This document shows positions 28,523 through 38,094 of a stretch of 64,000 nt of DNA, piece by piece (position 1 is the stretch's first letter; each line of letters starts with the position of its first letter). Origin of the DNA: an uncultured Acidobacteriota bacterium (GTDB lineage: Bacteria > Acidobacteriota > Terriglobia > Terriglobales > Acidobacteriaceae); contig CAWGCV010000009.1 in NCBI GenBank assembly GCA_963821145.1, positions 36,412 to 100,411 on the forward strand. The letters run 5' to 3'. Made by a program: the position numbers and the translations under genes. The notes beneath the pieces were generated by a model. It did no database searches. It was given only the letters and a program-made list of their open reading frames with translations, and was not told the DNA's origin.

Positions 28523-29546
28523 TCAGCGGGGAGCGGTGATCGCTCGTCGTATTCGGGCTTGCGGAGCATGGTCGTCGAACTTGATCTGTCCATTGTCGGA
28601 CTGAACGCCGAGTTGCTTCCACAGCCGATCTAAATCAATCGGAGCATACGGCGAATTTCCCATTTTCTTATAGAGATCAGCTAGCACAGAGGTTCCCGTG
28701 GCTTGATCTCCCGCGTCCAGCACCTTGGCGATGGGCCAGTCATGTGCAATTGAGCCGCCGGCCGCAAGGATCCCACGCAACGCATCCTGCAACCCTTTCT
28801 TATTTCCGGTCTGCTCGCGGATCGACACATCAGCCGCCAGGCAGAAGAGCGCGCCTCCCCAGTAGGTATTTGCCCAGGAATGCGTCTGATCCAGGCCATC
28901 CGCACCGGGCTGTGGTTCACCCTTCCCCATGTCGCGTACCATCCCTCCCCACACCTGCTCGGCGGATAAAGTACCGATCTGCGCGCGCGCGATAGGTTCA
29001 ACATAGGTGGCCAAGCCCCTCTTCCAGCCAATGATGATCTGGAGAAAGGGAGGGGAGTGCGGTGTGCACAAACTCGTGCGTCATGGTCCAATCGTCGGTC
29101 AGGGTCTGCTCCGTCGTATGCTGGCCGAGCCGCATTCTTGTGAATGCCGGAAAGCCATCGACATCACCCCAGGTGGTGCCAGTTAACACTCCCCGTTCGT
29201 CCGCAATGGGTACTATCAACACCCTCGCGCGAGCCACAGGGAACTTGCCGTAATACTTCGACACAGCACGGGCCGCCGTCTCGATCCACTGGATAACATC
29301 GCTTTTTGGTAGATCGAGATCACCGGGAGCAAAGTCAATCTGGATCGAAGCGCCTCCGACATGGATCACCTGCGATGAGGCGACTGGACTGCGCCATGGT
29401 GGTCCATGGCCGTGGCGAGGCATTTCAATTTGGCTCGCCCATCCTGCGGACAAACACCCAAGCACGATCGAAAACATGAGCCAGACATGCCGGAGCCGGA
29501 ACTTCACGATTGTCACCTGAATTCTTAAGATGTCAGTTAACAACAT
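28523..29546 (-). pseudogene. Secreted HExxH zinc metallopeptidase (M61-like pattern), split by a 1-nt frameshift
   Basis: Two overlapping 182-aa ORFs. The upstream frame ends ..WTMTHEFVHTALPSLSPDHHWLEEGLGHLC*. The downstream frame reads ..GLATYVEPIARAQIG... Removing one C from the C4 run at 29016-29019 (G4 on the coding strand) restores HHWLEEGLATYVEP. Confidence 0.75.
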
Positions 29547-29730
29547 CGCGGCGCAGACGGAACTCGAGATTTCTCGGCCGGTGAGGCGGGCAGATTCTCA
29601 GCCGCCCGCACGATCGACGCTCGCAAACAACTATTGCTGCCTTTCCTCCTCGTAAAGAGAAGCCAGAATCATCCGCTTAAATTGAACCGGCGAATCCAGC
29701 TCCCTCATCTTATTGAACGGGAGATAATCG

Positions 29731-30354
29731 ATGTCCACCATGACTACGGAAGCCCTTGAAACCCTGAAGCATGCAGATCCGATTCCAGGTGTACACGAAC
29801 CCATTCTGCGACGCTGGAGTCCAAGAGCCTTTGCCGACCGCCCCGTGAGTGCGTCTGATATGAAGAAGCTATTTGAAGCGGCACGATGGGCGGCTTCTTC
29901 TTTCAACGAGCAGCCGTGGCGATTCATTGTGGGCCGCCAAGGGGATGCAACGTATGGCAAGATTTTCGAATCGCTCGCCACATTCAATCAGGCATGGGCA
30001 AACAACGCACCGGTATTGATGTTGTCTGTAGGCAAAAAGACTTTCACTCAAAATGGAAATCCCAATCACTACGCGTTGCACGACACTGGTGCGGCTACGG
30101 CTAATCTAGGGCTGCAAGCGACGGCCTTGGGATTCCACACGCACTCTATGGGAGGATTTGATCGCGACAAAATACGCGCTGCGTTCCAAATCCCCGAGGA
30201 TTTCGAAATTGGCGCGGTCACGGCGATCGGATATCTCGGCGACGTTGACGTGCTTCCAGATTCGCTGAAAGCTGCGGAGACCTCTGCGCGGAGTCGCAAG
30301 CCGCTCTCCGAATTTGTATTCTCTGAATGGAATAAGGCCGCGCAACTGGAATGA
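29731..30354 (+). CDS. Nitroreductase-family oxidoreductase
   Basis: 207 aa. ILRRWSPRAFADRPV, AARWAASSFNEQPWRFIV and HDTGAATANLGLQATALG are typical of the nitroreductase fold. Confidence 0.8.
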   Translation: MSTMTTEALETLKHADPIPGVHEPILRRWSPRAFADRPVSASDMKKLFEAARWAASSFNEQPWRFIVGRQGDATYGKIFESLATFNQAWANNAPVLMLSVGKKTFTQNGNPNHYALHDTGAATANLGLQATALGFHTHSMGGFDRDKIRAAFQIPEDFEIGAVTAIGYLGDVDVLPDSLKAAETSARSRKPLSEFVFSEWNKAAQLE

Positions 30355-30487
30355 AGCCCCGTCCAAAATTCGTTTTGGGAAAGTCTTGCAGAGATGCCGT
30401 CTCGTTTTTTGTTTCTGAATTCCAGCAAGCCGGAACCCGCTGCGAATCAAGCTCAAGCGGTATGCTTGGAGAAGTGCCCGTACTGCA

Positions 30488-31786
30488 GTGTATCCATTGG
30501 CTGCAGGTTGGTCTCGCGTAAGTCTATTCACCATGGCTGCTGCCAATACACATAGCTCGTCGTTTGCCCGCACGCTGGCCAGCGCCAAACAAACCATGGT
30601 GCTCAGCGAGATTATCTCGCTTGCGCTCGACAGTTTTCGCGCCAATAAGGTCCGCTTTGCGTTAACCGCTCTCGGCATGGTGATGGGATCAGCGTCGGTA
30701 ATTTTGGTCGCGACCATTGGCCTGACCGGCCGACAGTACGCCATCAATCTCATCCAGGGTATCGGGGCGAACATGATCGTTGCGGATTGCCAGTGCGGCG
30801 GCATGAACCCCGACTCGCTTACGTACGAGGATCTGACGGCTGTCATCCAGCAGGTTCCCGGAATCATCTGGTCTTCGCCGATGCTCGAAATGCAAGTTCC
30901 GATTAGCTTCGGTGACGGCAAAGTGAAGGACATCCTGATTCTGGGTGTTTCTCCACAATATAAGGACGTACGAAATCTTGTGGTCCTCAATGGGCGTTTT
31001 TTCGACCAAGAGGATACTCTGGGCCACGCCAAAGTGGCCGTGGTCACAGTTCCGTTTGCCGAGAGCCTGTATGGAACCGCGGATCGCGCCGTCAACCGAA
31101 CGTTTACGATTCGAGGCATCCCATTCACAATCATTGGTGTCTTTAAAGAAAAGGTGAACTCCTGGGGAATGTCCGAAATCGCACGACAGACGATCCTGAT
31201 TCCCTACCCTGTGGGACGGTATTTCACCGGTACCAACGCCGTAAAGCAGCTTTTTTTCTCTGTACGGGATTTCAGCGATACGCCGCGTGCACGGGACGAG
31301 ATCGCAAACGTGATCCAGTCCCGACATCGCGCTGGGTCGGTCTATGACGTAACCGAATACACAGCCTTGGTCAACACCGCAGCACACATCGCGGACATTA
31401 TGACGCTCGTCCTGCTGTTGGTTTCTGCTATTACGCTGGCTGTCAGCGGAGTCGGCATTATGAACATCATGCTTGCGACAGTCCGATCGCGCATCCGTGA
31501 AATCGGTATCCGCAAGGCCGTCGGCGCCACCTATCGAGAAATCCAACTTCAATTCCTTGCCGAAGCCATCCTGATTTCGCTGAGCGGCGGAATCGTCGGC
31601 ACTCTGCTTGGACTGGCGCTTCCGCTCTCTGTTCGATTCCTCTTTCCCGCCTATACAGTTCCTATTTCTCCATGGTCCGTCATCATTTCCCTATCTACGG
31701 CGATGCTGGTGGGAATCTTATTTGGAACCTTGCCCGCCACACGCGCCGCCCAGATGGATCCTGTCGAATCGCTGAAGTACGAGTAG
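30488..31786 (+). CDS. MacB-type ABC transporter permease (MacB periplasmic core + FtsX domain), orphan
   Basis: LALDSFRANKVRFALTALGMVMGSASVI N-terminal TM, a periplasmic core, and the FtsX motif REIGIRKAVGATYREIQLQFLAEA. No ATPase or adaptor gene is adjacent. The true start is probably ATG 30533 or 30596. Confidence 0.85.
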   Translation: MYPLAAGWSRVSLFTMAAANTHSSSFARTLASAKQTMVLSEIISLALDSFRANKVRFALTALGMVMGSASVILVATIGLTGRQYAINLIQGIGANMIVADCQCGGMNPDSLTYEDLTAVIQQVPGIIWSSPMLEMQVPISFGDGKVKDILILGVSPQYKDVRNLVVLNGRFFDQEDTLGHAKVAVVTVPFAESLYGTADRAVNRTFTIRGIPFTIIGVFKEKVNSWGMSEIARQTILIPYPVGRYFTGTNAVKQLFFSVRDFSDTPRARDEIANVIQSRHRAGSVYDVTEYTALVNTAAHIADIMTLVLLLVSAITLAVSGVGIMNIMLATVRSRIREIGIRKAVGATYREIQLQFLAEAILISLSGGIVGTLLGLALPLSVRFLFPAYTVPISPWSVIISLSTAMLVGILFGTLPATRAAQMDPVESLKYE

Positions 31787-31853
31787 CAATGGCCACGGGC
31801 ACGAAACGCATACGGCCAGTTCCGCCAAATAATTTGGACAGGAATGAGGCGTC

Positions 31854-33344
31854 TCAGATTGTCGCGATCTCCCGCGCAGCCTCCCTGCCGAAACGGATCA
31901 AATCGGGAAGTCCGACTCCTCGATACGCGTTACCAATCAGCCGAAGATGCGGAAGCTTCGTTAGGCGAGAATCCAGTTCTGCCATGCGGTCTGCGTGCCC
32001 TACCTCATAAAGTGGGAGAGAGTTCGGCCAGCGCCGAACGAGCGCAATCGAAGACTCCGGCAATTTCCCCAAATGGCGTTCCAACTGCGCTCGAGCAATC
32101 CGATTCAACTCGGCGTCATCGTGGTGCAGAAGTTTTGGAGCCACAGGACCGCCAAAAAACGCACGCAACAAGATCGCGCCATCCGGCACCGTATTCGGAA
32201 ATTTCTGATTTACAAAAGTACATGCAAGCATCGCTTGATGGGCGCGTTCATCGCCAGTCTCATTGGCGGACCGGGCCGCGACGCGGGCGACATCATCCGC
32301 GTGGAGCTCGTGTTGCGGAACGAGGAATCCAAATCCTGGAGGAATATGCATCGAGCGTGCCTGGTCCGCAGCGAATCCCAACGCCACGACAATTGCTGAC
32401 GAGGACTGCTGCGGCAACAACTCCCCTAGCCGGGTGTCGACCGAATTCAAAAGTCTGGCTGTGGTCTCTGCTGGAGTCGCAACCAAAAGTGCATCGAAGC
32501 TTGCCTCAACGGGACGGAGGTTTCCACTGTGTATCGTGTGAACGCGCCACACTCCACTGATGTGTTCGATCGCCTCAACGGTGACGTTCCGCTCAAAACT
32601 GCGCTCCGGAAGACGAGATTCCATCCCTGCTATCAGCGACCCCAATCCACGTTTCAGCGAGGTAAAAATAGGCGCGGGGTTCTTCTCTAATCTCAACCGC
32701 TGACGCAATCCAAGGATGAGGCTGCCATGCTCTCTTTCCAACGCAACGAACGTTGGCATCACAGAGCGCACACTCAGCATCGCAATGTCTCCCCCGAAAA
32801 CGCCGGCAAGCAGGGGCGCGGCAATCGTATTCGCGACTTCCTCGCCAAAATGACGCATAACAAAATCGCGAACCGATTCATCGCGATTGCCGTCGCCAGC
32901 ATCCAGCGCGGTCGCTTTCAATCGTTCCGCTATTTCTGGTTCGTGGAGATATGCGAGCTTTGCCTGGTCACTGAAAAGGGGCGAATTCGCAACGCTGCCC
33001 CATTGCGTCGGCACCATCATACGCATGCCGTCCGGCATGGCAGTCAATTCGTTGCCCTGCACTATATAGGTCTTCCGCCGCTCATCATTGGAAGACACCA
33101 ACTCGTTTTCAAGGCCCAGTTCAATTGCAAGTTCGCGCGCCCAGGGCTTTTCGGTCACCCAGCTGTCGGGACCGCACTCAATCACAAATCCATCGCGTCG
33201 AACGGTTTCAACAATGCCGCCTAAGCGCGACCCCGCCTCGAATAAGACAAATTCAATCGCTGCGCCGGCACGTTGATGCAGGGCAATTTCGTAGGCAGCT
33301 GCAACCCCCGCAATACCGCCGCCGACGATGGCGATTCGCTTCAT
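31854..33344 (-). CDS. hemY: Protoporphyrinogen/coproporphyrinogen III oxidase, FAD-dependent (HemY/CgoX type)
   Basis: 496 aa. FAD motif MKRIAIVGGGIAGVAAAYE..FEAGSRLGGIVET. It follows hemH with a 4-nt overlap. Confidence 0.88.
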   Translation of the reverse strand: MKRIAIVGGGIAGVAAAYEIALHQRAGAAIEFVLFEAGSRLGGIVETVRRDGFVIECGPDSWVTEKPWARELAIELGLENELVSSNDERRKTYIVQGNELTAMPDGMRMMVPTQWGSVANSPLFSDQAKLAYLHEPEIAERLKATALDAGDGNRDESVRDFVMRHFGEEVANTIAAPLLAGVFGGDIAMLSVRSVMPTFVALEREHGSLILGLRQRLRLEKNPAPIFTSLKRGLGSLIAGMESRLPERSFERNVTVEAIEHISGVWRVHTIHSGNLRPVEASFDALLVATPAETTARLLNSVDTRLGELLPQQSSSAIVVALGFAADQARSMHIPPGFGFLVPQHELHADDVARVAARSANETGDERAHQAMLACTFVNQKFPNTVPDGAILLRAFFGGPVAPKLLHHDDAELNRIARAQLERHLGKLPESSIALVRRWPNSLPLYEVGHADRMAELDSRLTKLPHLRLIGNAYRGVGLPDLIRFGREAAREIATI

Positions 33345-34522
33345 TTTTGATTGGATGGAACAACGACCGATGAAATTGCAGACTGCGCAGCACCCAGATG
33401 CAGCAGGCCCTGAGAGGCCAAATCCGCCAGCGCGGCGATCAACAAAGGAGATGCGTTCAGGGACTCAGGCCGGAACAGCTTCAGCCCCAGTTTCCTGGCT
33501 GTTGCCTGAAACGCGATATCAATGTCGTAGAGAATTTCGACGTGATCGCAGAGAAAACCAATGGGTTGCAACACGACAGCTCGACGGCCTTCGCGATGGA
33601 GGCATTCCAGGGTCTCTTCAACAGTCGGACCGATCCAGGGTCCGCCTGACATGCCCTGGCTTTGAAACGCAAAATACCAGTCATGCGAAGTCAATCCATC
33701 GGGAAGTAGACGTTCGGCAACCAGAGTTGCTGTGTGTTTCGTCTCAATCGCATACGGATCGGGCCCAGCGGATGCGCCGGACGGCAATGCGTATGAACGC
33801 TCCTCCACAGTGGGGCGCACCGGACCCGGCGACGTTAGCGCTGCAGAATTTTCGCCGCTTTTTACCGGCGCTTCCGAATGCGAGGGGCTCGGTTGACCAG
33901 ACGCACTTGCAACCTGAATGGTGCGGCAAGGCACGCTGTGCGCGGTGAACAGCACCGGTACTTGTTCCGCCACCGAGGCACACGCCTCTTTCCAAGTCGA
34001 TCTCAATCGATCCGCAAACGCATCGGCCAGTCGAGGATGGTCTGCCCACGCATCGATGAAGTGAAATCGAAACGCATTTCCCGCTTCTGCGTACGCCGCT
34101 CGCCGGTAGAGTCCTACGCTGGTGCGGGAGTTTTGTGGCGCCAGGCAAATCGCCACCGCGTCCGTCACTCCATCCGCGCGCATTTGGCGCACCGTGTCCC
34201 CTATATAAGGCTTCCAATTTCGCATGCCAACATACACAGGCAATCCAATTTTCTGCTGTAGTAGCTCCGCCTCCTTTAGCGTCCACTCAGTCAGCGGGCT
34301 CTTGCCGATTTGCGCATATCGGCTTTGAATCTCTTCCACAACATGCTGCGGCATGGCGCGTCCACTTACAACATTCTTCAAATATTCCGGAATCTCGTCG
34401 ACCGTATCGGGTGTACCGTGCGCGAGCAACAACACCGCAAACTTGCGCTCCCCGATGATCGAGGTCGATGGACTCGCTTGAATTGGAGTCGTCATACCGA
34501 CCTCGACGCGCTGGCATTCCAT
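33341..34522 (-). CDS. hemH: Ferrochelatase (HemH/CpfC) with an internal low-complexity insertion
   Basis: FAVLLLAHGTPDT, LFTAHSVP and FLCDHVEILYDIDI ferrochelatase motifs. An ATGA overlap with the hemE stop makes ATG 34495 (MTTPIQ..) the likely start. Confidence 0.88.
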   Translation of the reverse strand: MECQRVEVGMTTPIQASPSTSIIGERKFAVLLLAHGTPDTVDEIPEYLKNVVSGRAMPQHVVEEIQSRYAQIGKSPLTEWTLKEAELLQQKIGLPVYVGMRNWKPYIGDTVRQMRADGVTDAVAICLAPQNSRTSVGLYRRAAYAEAGNAFRFHFIDAWADHPRLADAFADRLRSTWKEACASVAEQVPVLFTAHSVPCRTIQVASASGQPSPSHSEAPVKSGENSAALTSPGPVRPTVEERSYALPSGASAGPDPYAIETKHTATLVAERLLPDGLTSHDWYFAFQSQGMSGGPWIGPTVEETLECLHREGRRAVVLQPIGFLCDHVEILYDIDIAFQATARKLGLKLFRPESLNASPLLIAALADLASQGLLHLGAAQSAISSVVVPSNQK

Positions 34523-35638
34523 TTTCCCACGCCCTCATCTTTCATTTGCGCGCAGATCTCATGCACCCAGCGAACCACATGCTGCACATTTTCCACCGGC
34601 GTCGTCGGCACAATTCCATGGCCAACGTTGAATATGTGTCCCGGATTCCCTCCAGCCTGACGCAACACCTCTTCTACGCGAGCACGCAAGATTGCACCAG
34701 GAGCGAATAGTGCGATGGGATCAAGATTTCCCTGCACCGCGCAGTGTTGCCCAACAAGTTGTCGTCCCACGTCAAGGGGGATCCGCCAATCGAGCCCAAT
34801 CACATCCGCGCCGGTTTCTCGCATGTTGGGCAGCAAGGTCGCCGTATCGACGCCAAAATAAATCACCGGCACTCCCAACGCCTGCACCTGCCGGACCATC
34901 GACTGCGTAATCGGCAACACATATTCCCGATAATCCGTGACCGAAAGCGCCCCCGCCCAACTGTCAAAAATCTGGATGACGTCGGCGCCGGCCTTTACCT
35001 GCTGCGCCGAATACTCAACCAGTACAGTCATCAGCTTCTGCATCAGCACTTGCCATGCAGCCGGATCTGCGTACATCAAGCGCTTGGTTTCAATGTAGTT
35101 TCGCGAACCACCGCCTTCAATCATGTAACTGGCCAACGTAAATGGAGCGCCGCAAAACCCGATCATGCCCATGCGATCGCCAAAGTGGTCCACCACTTGG
35201 CGGATCGCCTCCGCAACATACCCGAGGTCGGCGGTGCGATCAGTGCGCAACGCGTCGAATCTCCGCCGAGTTTCGAAGCGGACGGTGCACTTTCGGACCC
35301 TCGCCAGCTTGAAATTCGAAATCCAGACCCATCGGCTCGAGCGGTAACAAAAGGTCGGCAAAAATAATCGCGGCGTCGACGCCCAGCTTTTCTGCGGCTG
35401 TAATCGTCACCTCGGCGGCCAATTCCGGCCGTTTACAAATCTCGATTAATGTATGCGCCCGGCGGACGGCCTGGTACTCCGGCATATAACGACCTGCCTG
35501 CCGCAAAAACCATACCGGCGTTCGATCGACCGGCTGCCGCAAACAAGCGCGCAGAAAGCGGCTGCCTCCCGTCGTCGGACCGTCTATTGGTAGCTCTTTT
35601 TTCCGCAAAGATCCTATCTGGCTCTCACGCGATTTCAT
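34492..35638 (-). pseudogene. hemE: Uroporphyrinogen decarboxylase, split by a 1-nt frameshift (or assembly error)
   Basis: ORF 35240-35638 carries URO-D signature 1 (PVWFLRQAGRYMPEY). ORF 34492-35361 carries signature 2 (GFCGAPFTLASYMIEGG). On the coding strand, GCG GAG ATT C GAC GCG (about 35254-35263) needs one base skipped to read ..RNSAEIDALRTDRTADLGYV... Confidence 0.85.
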
Positions 35639-35772
35639 GTCCTTCTATTATCCCCTGTTCGACGATCCCGGTTGTCCCTGCTATGGAGGCTTTATCTCAC
35701 CGACGCGATTTGTGCATGACACTCGCTTGCCGCGTCTCAAATTGATGGTCGCGAAAACGGACTGAGAACTGT

Positions 35773-35800
35773 TTTCGTATTGAAAGACATGAATACGAAA
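35773..35800. promoter_or_regulatory. Perfect 9-bp inverted repeat TTTCGTATT-N10-AATACGAAA between divergent hemE and lutA
   Basis: Read directly. It lies 57-84 nt upstream of the lutA ATG (35857). It is the longest perfect inverted repeat I found in any intergenic region of the window. It could be an operator or an RNA hairpin. Confidence 0.4.
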
Positions 35801-35856
35801 CTGCGGTACGATGGAGTCCATTACACAACTGCTCTGCTGTTGGAATTGAATTCGTC

Positions 35857-36615
35857 ATGCGAATCTCTCTGTTTATCACGTGCTACAACGACACGCTGTT
35901 TCCAGAGATAGGCATTGCTGTGGTGCGAGTGCTGGAGAGGCTCGGGCACACAATCGATTTTCCATACGCGCAAACCTGCTGCGGACAGATGCATTACAAC
36001 ACCGGCTACCAAACTGAAGCCCTGCCACTGGTGCGCCGATTTGTCGAAGTATTTCGCGACAGCGAGGTGGTCTGTGTTCCGTCTTCCTCCTGCGTCACCA
36101 TGATGCGGGAGCATTACGAAAAAATTGCTCTGGCGTCAGGCGACAAGACGCTTCAATCCGAGGTAGCCGCTTTGCTACCTCGCGTCTACGAGTTCACAGA
36201 ATTACTCGTGCATCGGCTTGGTGTCGAGGATGTCGGTGCCGCCTATCCGCACCGAGTTACATACCATTCCAGCTGTCATTCTCTTCGCTACTTGCACTTG
36301 GGGGACGTTCCAATTCGCCTGTTGCGGAACGTGCGCGGACTGGACTTAATCTCGATGGAAGCTGGGGACTTGTGCTGTGGCTTCGGCGGTACCTTCTCCA
36401 TCAAGAACCCCGACGTTTCGGGAGCGATGCTGCAGGAAAAACTGCAGTACATCCAGAACACACAAGCCGAGGTCTGCACTGCCTGCGACAACTCCTGCCT
36501 CATGCACATTGGCGGAGCGCTGCATCGCCAGCGTGCCGACATGCGCACTGAACATATCGCGACAATTCTTGCCGGTGACGGCAACGCTCGCGTTCCATCA
36601 ATCGGCACCCGATAA
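35857..36615 (+). CDS. lutA: L-lactate utilization protein LutA ((Fe-S)-binding CCG-domain oxidoreductase)
   Basis: 252 aa. MRISLFITCYNDTLFPEIG..AQTCCGQ and a second CCG-type motif (GDLCCGFGGTFS). It is followed by lutB with a TAATG overlap. Confidence 0.88.
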   Translation: MRISLFITCYNDTLFPEIGIAVVRVLERLGHTIDFPYAQTCCGQMHYNTGYQTEALPLVRRFVEVFRDSEVVCVPSSSCVTMMREHYEKIALASGDKTLQSEVAALLPRVYEFTELLVHRLGVEDVGAAYPHRVTYHSSCHSLRYLHLGDVPIRLLRNVRGLDLISMEAGDLCCGFGGTFSIKNPDVSGAMLQEKLQYIQNTQAEVCTACDNSCLMHIGGALHRQRADMRTEHIATILAGDGNARVPSIGTR

Positions 36616-38094
36616 TGTCTACCTTGCCGGCACCTGACTTCAAGGACTCCTGCTCACCGGACTTTCCGACCGCTGCGCTTCCGTTGTTGCAGGACGTGCA
36701 ATTGCGCAACAATGTTCGGCACGCAACCGGCGTCATCCAGGGAAAAAGGGCGCGGGTTGTGGGCGAAATGCCCGATTGGCAGGCACTCCGCGATGCGGGT
36801 CAGCGAATCCGCGCCCACACCCTCGAGTACCTCGACTTCTACCTCGAGCAGTTTGAAGACCGATGTACGGCATCTGGCGGCCACGTGCATTGGGCGCGTG
36901 ACGGTGCAGAAGCTAATCGCATTGTCGTGGAACTAGCCAGGAATTCAACAGGTCGAGTCATCAAGATTAAGAGCATGACGACCGAAGAAACCGGCCTCAA
37001 CCGGGCGCTAGAAGCTGCCGGCATCATCCCGGTCGAAACCGACCTGGCCGAATTGATCGTCCAACTAGGGCACGACAAGCCTTCGCACATCGTTGTGCCG
37101 GCCTTACACAAGAATCGCCATCAGATCCGAGAATTGTTTTCGCGCACCATGAACCTTCCCGACCTCGGAGACCGACCCGAGGACTTGGCCGAGGCTGCGC
37201 GCGTGCATTTGCGACGGCAATTCCTCTCCACTCCGGTTGCCATCAGCGGCGCAAATTTCCTTATCGCAGAAACCGGCGGCGTTTGCATTGTGGAATCTGA
37301 AGGCAATCGGACGAATGTGCCTGACGTTGCCCAGGACACTCATCTCCGTCGCGGGCATCGATAAGATCATTCCTCGCTTCCAGGATCTCGAAGTCATGTT
37401 GCAAGTGCTGCCAAGATCCGCAACCGGCGAGCGTATGAATCCATACAACTCCATATGGACAGGTGTTGCTCCTGGCGACGGTCCAGAAGAGTTTCACATC
37501 GTGCTGCTCGACAACCGCAGAACAGAGGTTCTCCGCGACCTGGAAGCGCGCGAAACACTGCACTGCATTCGTTGCGGCGCCTGCCAAAATGCGTGTCCCG
37601 TGTATCGCCAAACGGGTGGCCACGCCTATGGATCGGTGTATGCCGGCCCTATCGGAGCCATATTGACGCCGCAGCTCGCACTGATGGAACGCGGTCAATC
37701 CCTACCCTACGCATCCAGCCTTTGCGGCGCTTGTTATGAAGTGTGCCCGGTAAAAATCAACATTCCGGAGATTCTGATTCACCTGCGTGGCCGAGTTGTC
37801 ACTGGCAGATCCAAAGCGCTAGGTGCGGTGCATCCGGAAGCCATCGTGATGCGCACCATGCAAGGGATATTTTCCAACCCAACAATTTTTAGCCTGGCGC
37901 AACGCGCCGGCCGCATCGCGCAGCGGCCCTGGATTCGCCGCAGTGGCTGGATTGAGAAGTTGCCGAGCGTGCTCGGTGGATGGACGCGCACCCGGGACCT
38001 GCGTCCGCTCCCCGCACAGAGTTTCCGCGAATGGTTTCAGGCGCGGCAAGCCGAACCATCAGCGCCAAACCAGCCCGAGGAGCGCCATGAGTGA
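36615..38094 (+). pseudogene. lutB: L-lactate utilization iron-sulfur protein LutB, split by a 1-nt frameshift (or assembly error)
   Basis: ORF 36615-37364 ends ..ISGANFLIAETGGVCIVESEGNRTNV... ORF 37237-38094 reads ..GRMCLTLPRTLISVAGIDKIIPRF.. and carries CIRCGACQNACPVY and CGACYEVCPVKI. GGC AAT C GGA CGA ATG at about 37302-37317 needs one base skipped to give the conserved ESEGNGRM. Confidence 0.85.

Noticed and set aside
30106-31134. 342-aa minus-strand ORF
   Set aside because: It overlaps the 3' end of the nitroreductase gene and the MacB-type permease on the opposite strand. It has no motifs, whereas the permease frame has clear FtsX signatures.
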